Assembly (NCBI RefSeq): GCF_003668875.1
Contig: NZ_RAWM01000039.1
Span: 2,394-66,393, forward strand
Source: Corallococcus interemptor
Lineage (GTDB): Bacteria; Myxococcota; Myxococcia; Myxococcales; Myxococcaceae
Length of the DNA stretch: 64,000 bases
Direction of reading: 5' to 3'
Positions 57,431 to 64,000 of the stretch are shown here, one piece after another (positions within the stretch are counted from its first letter, which is position 1; every line of letters starts with the position of its first letter). The position numbers were made by a program, and so were the translations under genes. The notes beneath the pieces were generated by a model. That model saw only the letters and a list, made by a program, of their open reading frames with translations, was not told the origin of the DNA and ran no database searches.

Positions 57431-57620
57431 GCGGCCGAGTATCCGCGCCCCACGCCGCTCGTGTCACGAAGGCGGATTGCGGGTGCAACCCCGGCGGGCG
57501 GCCGGGCTCTGGATCCGCCCTCCCGGGATGGCCCCGGATTTGTCGCATCCGCCTACCTTGACCGCTTTTCCCCGGGTGTGCGACGAAAGGGGGTCCCCTG
57601 CTTTCAGGAGTCACACCTCG

Positions 57621-57848
57621 ATGAGCGACGAGCGCGAAGACACGACCGTTTACAAGGTCGTCGTCAACCACGAAGAGCAGTACTCCATCTGGCCCGCGGA
57701 CCGGGAGAACGCGCTGGGCTGGAAGGACGCCGGCAAGCAGGGCCTGAAGGCCGAGTGCCTGGAGTACATCAAGGAGGTCTGGACGGACATGCGCCCCCTG
57801 AGCCTCCGCAAGAAGATGGAAGAGGACGCGGCCCGCAACAAGAACTGA
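57621..57848 (+). CDS. MbtH-like protein
   Basis: Canonical MbtH signature ([52 protein letters not shown]), with 3 Trp and conserved SxWP. 75 aa. Confidence 0.85.
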   Translation: MSDEREDTTVYKVVVNHEEQYSIWPADRENALGWKDAGKQGLKAECLEYIKEVWTDMRPLSLRKKMEEDAARNKN

Positions 57849-57909
57849 GGGCCGCGTGCGCTCCCCACCGCGCCCTCCCCGCTTCAACGGGGAGGGTGGG
57901 CCGGCCTGC

Positions 57910-58596
57910 TTACAGGTCCGGCGGAGGCCTGACGCCCAGGTGGCAGGCGCGCAGGGCGAGCTGGGTGCGATTCTCCGCGCCCAGCTTGCGGTACAGCTGC
58001 GTGACGTGTGACTTCACCGTGCGCTCGGCGATCTGAAGATGTGCGGCGATCTTCAGGTTGTCCGCGCCGCCCGCCACGTACTGGAGCACCTCGCGCTCGC
58101 GCTGCGTGAGCAGCAACAGGACGCTCGCCGTGGGTGACGTCACCGGCGGATGCTCGAAGTCGTTGCGGAGCAGTTGCACCGGGAACAGGCGCTCGCCGCG
58201 CACCAGCGACTGCACCGCCGAGGACACCGCGTTCACGCCCAGGCCCGCGCGGAAGAGATACCCGGAGGCCCCTTCGTCGAAGCACTGGGAGATGACCTCC
58301 GGCGTGCTCACCGCGGACAGAAGCAGCATGCGCACTTCCAGCCGGCGCTTGCGGGCCTCACGCAAGAGATTGAGCCCCTCCGTCACGGAGCACCCGATGG
58401 CGGCTTCGCCGTCGCTCTCCACGTCGAGGATGGCCACTTGCGGTGGATCCGTGCCGAGTCCGTCCAGGAAGCCGCGCACGTCGCGCGTCACTGAAGTGGA
58501 ATGACCCTCACCCCGAAGCCCGTCGGACAAGCCCTGCCAGGCCGCCCACGGTCCTTCGAGAATCGAAATACGAACTGCCGATTGATTCGCTGCCAT
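57910..58596 (-). CDS. LuxR/FixJ-type response regulator (atypical receiver plus GerE HTH)
   Basis: C-terminal HTH (LTQREREVLQYVAGGADNLKIAAHLQIAERTVKSHVTQLYRKLG). N-terminal receiver-like domain. Start at the ATG at 58596. Confidence 0.7.
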   Translation of the reverse strand: MAANQSAVRISILEGPWAAWQGLSDGLRGEGHSTSVTRDVRGFLDGLGTDPPQVAILDVESDGEAAIGCSVTEGLNLLREARKRRLEVRMLLLSAVSTPEVISQCFDEGASGYLFRAGLGVNAVSSAVQSLVRGERLFPVQLLRNDFEHPPVTSPTASVLLLLTQREREVLQYVAGGADNLKIAAHLQIAERTVKSHVTQLYRKLGAENRTQLALRACHLGVRPPPDL

Positions 58597-59082
58597 GCGA
58601 TGGCCCCCCAGCCGTCGTGGCGAATTGCTTTCAATGCTACCTGTCGACTTCAACCTGCCCCGGAGTCGGTGGAACCGCGGCGGAACTTCCGCCCTTGCTG
58701 AGCGTGCGAGAACCGCGCTTCAACTCCATCCGGGGGTCCTGTCACTGCTGACCTGCGGACTGCATCTGCGACCGCCGAACGTGCCCCTGCGGGCCGTTCC
58801 TCCTTTTTCGTTTCAAGTAAATCCAGCCAACCGAGACCCTAACATCATCCAAGGCCAGTTGCGAACGGCCCCGAACAGGACTGTCAATTGCGCACGGAAC
58901 GCATGGAAATCCAGGGTCTCGTCCGTCAGGTCGTGATCGCTGTCGTCCGGGGGACACGCCCCCGGCGTTGACATTGCAATGTTTCGATTGGTGTTTCGTA
59001 CAGGGTCCGCACGGGTGGCGCCGGTGTGCGCGGGACTGGCGCATCCTGGATGGCAAGGGCGTATGCTGTGCGTCCCGCGCGC

Positions 59083-59862
59083 ATGACTCCCTCCGCCCCC
59101 GCACCCCATGTCGACGTCGCCACGCCCGAGCGGGTGGCCCTCTCGCTGCCCGTGGCCGGCATCGGCTACCGCTGTCTTGCGTGGCTGGTGGACGCGAGCC
59201 TGCTGTTCTTCTTCTGGGTGGCGCTCTACTTCGTCGTGACGCTGCTGGTGTCCGACGTGCTGGGCGCCTTCCAGGCGCTGTCCGGGCTCACGCAGACACT
59301 GCTGGCGGTGGGCCTGTTCGCCACGCAATGGCTGTACTGGACGCTGGCGGAGGTCTTCTTCCATGGACAGACACCCGGCAAGCGCGCGCTGCGCATCCGG
59401 GTGGTGCGCGAGGATGGCTCGCCGGTGGGCTTCTTCGAAAGCGCGGTGAGAAACCTCTGCCGTGCAGTGGACTTCCTGCCGGTGCTCTACGCCACCGGCT
59501 GCATCACCATGCTGCTGGACTCGCGGCACCGCCGGCTGGGAGACCTGCTCGCCGGCACCGTGCTGGTGCGCGAGGAGGCCATCGACCTGGACAAGTACAC
59601 GCAGGGCGCGGCGCCAGAGTCGCCGCCCCCGCCGGTGGCGGACCCGGGCGTGCAGCGGCCCCTGGGCGCGGAGGACGTGGAGCTGGTGCTGGCGTTCCTC
59701 GCGCGCGCGCCCGGCCTGGAGCCGGACGTGCGGCGGCGGCTGGGAGCGCGGCTGGTGGACCGCGTGGGCGCGTCCCTGACGGACGAGGAGCGCGCGCGGG
59801 TGCTCCAGTCCCAGGAGGCCACGGAGGCCTTCTTGCGCACGCGCGCGAAGGCGGCCCACTGA
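59083..59862 (+). CDS. RDD-family membrane protein
   Basis: RDD pattern (RVALSLPVAGIGYRCLAWLVDASLL...GKRALRIRVVREDG...HRRLGDLLAGTVLV). Start at the ATG at 59083. Confidence 0.75.
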   Translation: MTPSAPAPHVDVATPERVALSLPVAGIGYRCLAWLVDASLLFFFWVALYFVVTLLVSDVLGAFQALSGLTQTLLAVGLFATQWLYWTLAEVFFHGQTPGKRALRIRVVREDGSPVGFFESAVRNLCRAVDFLPVLYATGCITMLLDSRHRRLGDLLAGTVLVREEAIDLDKYTQGAAPESPPPPVADPGVQRPLGAEDVELVLAFLARAPGLEPDVRRRLGARLVDRVGASLTDEERARVLQSQEATEAFLRTRAKAAH

Positions 59863-59863
59863 C

Positions 59864-60874
59864 ATGGCCGCGCCGCTGCCCACCTTCGTCACCCGGCGCA
59901 GGCCGGACTGGGACGCGCTCCAGTCGCTGCTGACACGCCAGCGCGCGGGCCGCTTGAGCCTTTCGGAGCTGCGCACGCTGGACACGCTGTACCGGCGCGC
60001 GGCCGCGGACCTGGCGCGGGCGCAGACGTTCTATCCGGGCACGGACGCGCACCGCTTCCTCAACCAGCTGTGCGCGCAGGCGTATGGCGCCATCTACCAG
60101 CCGCCGCGCGAGCGCTGGGCCTCCACGCGCGACTTCTTCCGGCGGGACTTCCCCGCGACGCTGCGCCGCGAGGCGCGCTTCGTGGGCGTGAGCGCGGGCC
60201 TGCTGGTGCTGGGACTGCTCTTGGGCGCGCTGGTGGTGACGCTGGAGCCGCGCGGCGCGGAGCTGCTGGTGCCGGAGGGCGTGCGGCGCTACGTGGCGCA
60301 GGGGCGCATGTGGACGGATGATCTGCTGTCCGTGGCGCCGCCCAACGCCGTGGCCTCCGGCATCGCGACCAACAACCTCACCGTCACGCTGTTCGCGTTC
60401 GCGTCCGGCATCCTGCTGGGCGTAGGGCCCATCTTCACGCTCGTGAACAACGGCGTGCTGATTGGCGCGGTGGGGGCGCTCTGCTACCGCGAGGGCATGA
60501 CGGCGGGCTTCCTGGACTTCATCGCCGCGCACGGGCCGGTGGAGCTGTCCATCATCGTCATCGCGGGCGGCGCGGGGCTGATGGTGGGCCAGGCGCTCAT
60601 CGACCCCGGCGAGCTGCCGCGCGCGCAGGCGCTCCAGTCACGCGGGCGCGAGGCGGTGAAGCTGGTGGTGGGCTGCGCGCCCTTCCTCGCCGGCATCGGC
60701 ATGGTGGAGGGCTTCATCTCCCCGGGCCACCTGTTCCCCACCTGGGCCAAGGTGGGGCTGGGCCTGTCGCTGGGAGCGCTCTTCTGGCTCTACCTGTTGC
60801 GCGCGGGCAGGACGGACGCGGGCGTGGCGCGCGTGGACGTGCCGGACGCCATGGCCTCCAGCCGCTTGCGCTGA
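59864..60874 (+). CDS. DUF95 / stage-II-sporulation-protein-M-like membrane protein
   Basis: Multi-TM protein with SpoIIM/DUF95 features (NNLTVTLFAFASGILLGVGPIFTLVNNGVLIGAV). It sits adjacent to the RDD gene, as is common. Confidence 0.7.
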   Translation: MAAPLPTFVTRRRPDWDALQSLLTRQRAGRLSLSELRTLDTLYRRAAADLARAQTFYPGTDAHRFLNQLCAQAYGAIYQPPRERWASTRDFFRRDFPATLRREARFVGVSAGLLVLGLLLGALVVTLEPRGAELLVPEGVRRYVAQGRMWTDDLLSVAPPNAVASGIATNNLTVTLFAFASGILLGVGPIFTLVNNGVLIGAVGALCYREGMTAGFLDFIAAHGPVELSIIVIAGGAGLMVGQALIDPGELPRAQALQSRGREAVKLVVGCAPFLAGIGMVEGFISPGHLFPTWAKVGLGLSLGALFWLYLLRAGRTDAGVARVDVPDAMASSRLR

Positions 60875-61332
60875 CGGTGCTTGAGGATGCGCTCGTAGGC
60901 GTCGTTGACCTCTCGCATCTGCTCCGCGGAGCCGCCCCGGTCCGGGTGCCGCTCCAGGGCCAGCGCGTGGAAGCGCGCGCGGATGACGTCCGGCGAATCC
61001 AGGGGCGACACGCCCAGCGTCTGGTACGGGCACTGCTCCTGGACGGCGGTGAGCCACTGATCCAGGCGGGCCTTCACCTCCACGAAGCGCGCGTCCGCGT
61101 CCGCGGTGTCCTTCACCGGGTGCGTGCGCATCTTCGCGTCCGCGCGGAAGACCTCGCTGTAGGTGCTGGACACCCAGCGGTGACACGAACCGCACCGGTA
61201 GTACTTCACCCGGTTTCCGGGCTGGAGTGTCATCATCACGCCGCAGTGGGTGCACTCCACCGTGACGTTCTCCAGTGTCTGCCAGCTCGCGACCGCCGCA
61301 CCCATGGTGACTTCGACCTCCGTTCGCAACAC
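60790..61332 (-). CDS. J-domain (DnaJ-like) protein with N-terminal zinc ribbon
   Basis: J-domain with HPD (YQTLGVSPLDSPDVIRARFHALALERHPDRGGSAEQMREVNDAYERI). N-terminal Cys4 ribbon (CTHCG...CGSCHRW). The start is either this ATG or the one at 61305. Confidence 0.65.
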   Translation of the reverse strand: MLRTEVEVTMGAAVASWQTLENVTVECTHCGVMMTLQPGNRVKYYRCGSCHRWVSSTYSEVFRADAKMRTHPVKDTADADARFVEVKARLDQWLTAVQEQCPYQTLGVSPLDSPDVIRARFHALALERHPDRGGSAEQMREVNDAYERILKHRQRKRLEAMASGTSTRATPASVLPARNR

Positions 61333-61450
61333 GCCTGTAGCACTGGCAAACTCCCACAGCGGCGGATCCCGTCAAGAAAATGTCGCGCGCGACCCGGGGG
61401 GTGCCCCGCGCCGCTGCCGGGCTTCCCGGGATTCGGGTAGAACGAGGCCC

Positions 61451-61990
61451 ATGCGACCGCTCCTCGCCGCCGCCCTGCTCCTGACCGCCGCCGCGCACGC
61501 CCAGGCACCGTCGACCCCGGCGGCCACGGCTCCCAAGGCCGCCCCGAAGGCCGACAAGGCCCCGGCGGACCCCCGCGCCCAGGACGACTCCCTCCTGAAG
61601 GGCCTGTTGTGGGCGGCGGAGCCCGCGCCGGAGGAGATCCGCGCGCTCGCCATCGAGGACCTGGCGCTCCTGGGGGACACGCGCGCCCTGGACCCGCTGG
61701 CCGCGTTCATCTGGGACCCCAACCCGCGCATCCAGCAGGCCGCGTTGCGCGCGGTGGCCCTCTTCCAGCACCGCCGCGCGGAGGAGATCCTGGGCAACGT
61801 CGTGCGCCACCCGCGCCTGCCGGACACGCTGAAGATCCAGGCCCTGAGCGGCCTCTTGTATCAGCGCACCGCCACGGCCCGCCGGGTGGTGCAGGACGTG
61901 GCCGCGGACAGCCGCGTGGGCTACGCGGTGCAGAACGCGGCGCGCTCGGTGGCGTCGCAGTGGGACGCCGCTCCGGCCGCCGCACCTTGA
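61451..61990 (+). CDS. Secreted HEAT-repeat protein
   Basis: Signal peptide (MRPLLAAALLLTAAAHAQA). HEAT/PBS-lyase-like repeats (LGDTRALDPLAAFIWDPNPRIQQAALRAVA). Confidence 0.6.
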   Translation: MRPLLAAALLLTAAAHAQAPSTPAATAPKAAPKADKAPADPRAQDDSLLKGLLWAAEPAPEEIRALAIEDLALLGDTRALDPLAAFIWDPNPRIQQAALRAVALFQHRRAEEILGNVVRHPRLPDTLKIQALSGLLYQRTATARRVVQDVAADSRVGYAVQNAARSVASQWDAAPAAAP

Positions 61991-62086
61991 AACACGCCTG
62001 CCTGTCTGCCCTCCAGGCCTGACGCCGCCCCGGGCCCGCCGGGCCGATTCCTGGAGTGCGCGCGTGTATGGGTTAGACTGGGGCGC

Positions 62087-62614
62087 ATGAAGATCACCCC
62101 CCTCGACATCCGGCAGAAGCGCTTCGAGACGGTGATGCGCGGCTTCGCGCGTCCCGAAGTGGGCGCGTACCTGGAGCTGATCGCCGGCGAGTTCGAGGAG
62201 GTCGTGAAGGAGAACATCGCGCTCAAGGAGGAGCTGAAGCGCACCCAGGCGCGGCTCGAGCAGCATCAGGAGCGCGAGCGCACCCTCCAGGAGACGATGG
62301 TCACCGCCCAGCGCATCAGCGAGGACCTGAAGGACGCCGCGAAGAAGGAAGCGGAGATCATCATCGCGGACGCGGAGCACCAGGCGGAGAAGATCGTCCA
62401 CGGCGCGCACCAGCGGCTGGTGCAGGTGGTGGAGGACATCAACGAGCTCAAGCGCCAGCGCACCCAGTTCGAGTCGCAGGTGCGCTCCGTGGTGGAGGCC
62501 CACCGCAAGCTGCTGGAGACGTTCGCCGCGCCCACCTTCGCGGACCGCGACTACGCGCGCGTGGAGGACAACGTCGCGTTCCTGTCGCAGAAGAAGGCCA
62601 CCTCCAACGACTAG
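62087..62614 (+). CDS. divIVA: DivIVA domain protein
   Basis: The N-terminus (MKITPLDIRQKRFETVMRGFARPEV) matches the DivIVA signature. The rest is coiled-coil. Confidence 0.85.
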   Translation: MKITPLDIRQKRFETVMRGFARPEVGAYLELIAGEFEEVVKENIALKEELKRTQARLEQHQERERTLQETMVTAQRISEDLKDAAKKEAEIIIADAEHQAEKIVHGAHQRLVQVVEDINELKRQRTQFESQVRSVVEAHRKLLETFAAPTFADRDYARVEDNVAFLSQKKATSND

Positions 62615-62625
62615 CACCTGCGCGC

Positions 62626-62925
62626 ATGTCCGCTCCCTGGCTCAAGGCCGTGCAGACCGGGGTGGAGCTGACGGTGCTCGTCCAGCCGCGCGCGTCCCGC
62701 ACGAAAGTCGTGGGCGAGCATGACGGCCAGCTGAAGATCCAGCTCGCCGCGCCGCCCGTGGATGGGGAAGCGAATGCGGCCCTGGTGGAATTCATCGCCA
62801 AAACGCTGGGCGTGCCGCGCCGTCAGGTGACCCTGGTGGCGGGTGACACGTCGCGCCGTAAGCGATTGAGGGTGGAGGGGGTTGATGCGCCGGCGGTCGA
62901 GGCTGTTATCTCTGGTGGACCGTGA
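62626..62925 (+). CDS. DUF167 (YggU-like) protein
   Basis: 99 aa with the DUF167 pattern (VQPRASRTKVVGEHDGQLKIQLAAPPVDGEANAALVEFIAKTLGV). Confidence 0.8.
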   Translation: MSAPWLKAVQTGVELTVLVQPRASRTKVVGEHDGQLKIQLAAPPVDGEANAALVEFIAKTLGVPRRQVTLVAGDTSRRKRLRVEGVDAPAVEAVISGGP

Positions 62926-62933
62926 GGCCACGC

Positions 62934-64000
62934 ATGCTCCGCCTGTTCGCCTTCTTGATGATGCTGCTGGCCTCGCCGGGCGTGTTCGCACAGGACGAAG
63001 GCCCGCGCGGCATCCACGCCACGGAGGCCGTCGTCACCGACACCGCGCTCGTGCCCCACGCGCGCCCCTCCATCGTCGCGGGCGAGCTGAAGACACAGCG
63101 CTTCGTCATCCTGCACACCGCGAAGGCGGCGGGCGCGGCCCGGGCGCTGGCCACGCAGATCGAAGGCGTGCGGGACAACTTCGGCGCGATGCTGGGGCGC
63201 GACTGGCCGGGCACCACCGAGATCCGCCTGGGCGTGGGCCGCCAGGAGTTCGAGGCCCTGGCGCTCCCCGGCGGAAAGCCCCCGGGCTGGGCCGTGGCGC
63301 TCGCCTATCCCGGGCATCAGATCATCCTGCTGGACGCGCTGAGCCTGAACGACGCGGAGGGCCCCACCACGCTGCGGCACGAGCTGGCGCACGTGGCACT
63401 GGGCCAGCTGGCGAAGGACTGGCCGCGCTGGTTCCAGGAGGGCGTGGCGCAGAACCTCACCGACGAGCGCTACTCCGTCGCCCACTACACCGCCCTCTTC
63501 CGCGCGGTGACGCAGGAGCGCGTCTTCCACTTCGAGGACCTGTCCGACGAGTGGCCGGACGTGCCCGCGGACGTCGAAATCGCCTACGCCCAGAGCGCGG
63601 CCTTCGTGGCCTACCTCACCGGCAAACACGGCGCGGCCGCCATGGGCCTGCTGGTGGACGGCGTGCGCGCGGGAGAGCCCTTCGAGCAGGCCTTCGGCAA
63701 GGCCTTCCGCACGTCGCTGCTGTTGGAAGAGCAGGACTGGCGCGAGGGGCTCGCGGCCCGCTACGGCTGGCTGCCATTGACGACCAGCTCCGCGATCCTC
63801 TGGCTCACCGCCTCCGTGCTGTGCGTGGCCGCCTTCTGGCGCCGCACGCGACAGAAGGCCGCGCGCATGACGGAGCTGGCCGCGGAGGACGCCGCCGAGG
63901 ACGCCGCGCTGCGCCTCTTGGCCGCCGCCCGCGCCGCGGGGCCCCTGCCCGTGGATGGCACCGAGCCGCTGTCCCCCGCCCTCCCCTGGCCGGAGTGGCC
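62934..64000 (+). CDS. Secreted putative zinc metallopeptidase (HEXXH: TLRHELAHVALG), C-terminal TM anchor; 3' end beyond window
   Basis: Translated manually. The frame is open to the window end, so it is absent from the ORF table. It has a signal peptide (MLRLFAFLMMLLASPGVFAQ), a HELAH motif and a downstream hydrophobic segment (SSAILWLTASVLCVAAFW). Confidence 0.55.
   Translation, partial: MLRLFAFLMMLLASPGVFAQDEGPRGIHATEAVVTDTALVPHARPSIVAGELKTQRFVILHTAKAAGAARALATQIEGVRDNFGAMLGRDWPGTTEIRLGVGRQEFEALALPGGKPPGWAVALAYPGHQIILLDALSLNDAEGPTTLRHELAHVALGQLAKDWPRWFQEGVAQNLTDERYSVAHYTALFRAVTQERVFHFEDLSDEWPDVPADVEIAYAQSAAFVAYLTGKHGAAAMGLLVDGVRAGEPFEQAFGKAFRTSLLLEEQDWREGLAARYGWLPLTTSSAILWLTASVLCVAAFWRRTRQKAARMTELAAEDAAEDAALRLLAAARAAGPLPVDGTEPLSPALPWPEW

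Overview
This is a very GC-rich (about 70%) bacterial chromosome segment with myxobacterial (Myxococcaceae-like) codon usage and gene content. It is densely coded, with roughly 65 protein genes and no rRNA, tRNA or CRISPR array detectable by eye. Because of the GC content, most long six-frame ORFs are antisense artefacts (Arg/Ala/Gly/Pro-rich). Real genes were picked by recognisable domain signatures, non-biased composition, start/stop overlaps and signal peptides.

The core content is housekeeping and metabolic:
- a TolQ/ExbB–ExbD pair and an acyl-CoA dehydrogenase / MaoC dehydratase operon;
- MoxR AAA+ ATPase, DUF58 and a RapA-like SNF2 helicase;
- proC, a cytochrome P450, aminopeptidase N, phenylalanine-4-hydroxylase, PBP4/DacB, prolyl oligopeptidase;
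- DivIVA, a YggU-like DUF167 protein and several regulators.

Accessory-looking islands, ranked by my interest:
- (i) a full-length bacterial homologue of the eukaryotic major vault protein;
- (ii) a Fic-like gene translationally coupled to two tandem paralogous genes of unknown function;
- (iii) a lipoprotein with a C-terminal PD-(D/E)xK nuclease toxin domain plus an overlapping immunity-like gene, preceded by a tiny cysteine-rich secreted peptide. This may be a SitA/SitI-like outer-membrane-exchange toxin pair;
- (iv) a LysM / peptidase-C39-like protein with no signal peptide, next to a secreted hypothetical;
- (v) a protein with a nucleoside-2-deoxyribosyltransferase-like (SLOG/TIR-like) C-terminal domain, divergent from a tandem cNMP-binding protein;
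- (vi) three copies of a roughly 30-bp palindromic repeat between a GntR-family gene and proC;
- (vii) two secreted internal-repeat proteins flanking pepN;
- (viii) an rdgC that looks frameshifted.

I cannot single out one system as certainly novel. The vault-protein locus, the Fic-plus-paralog triad and the SLOG-domain gene are the best candidates.
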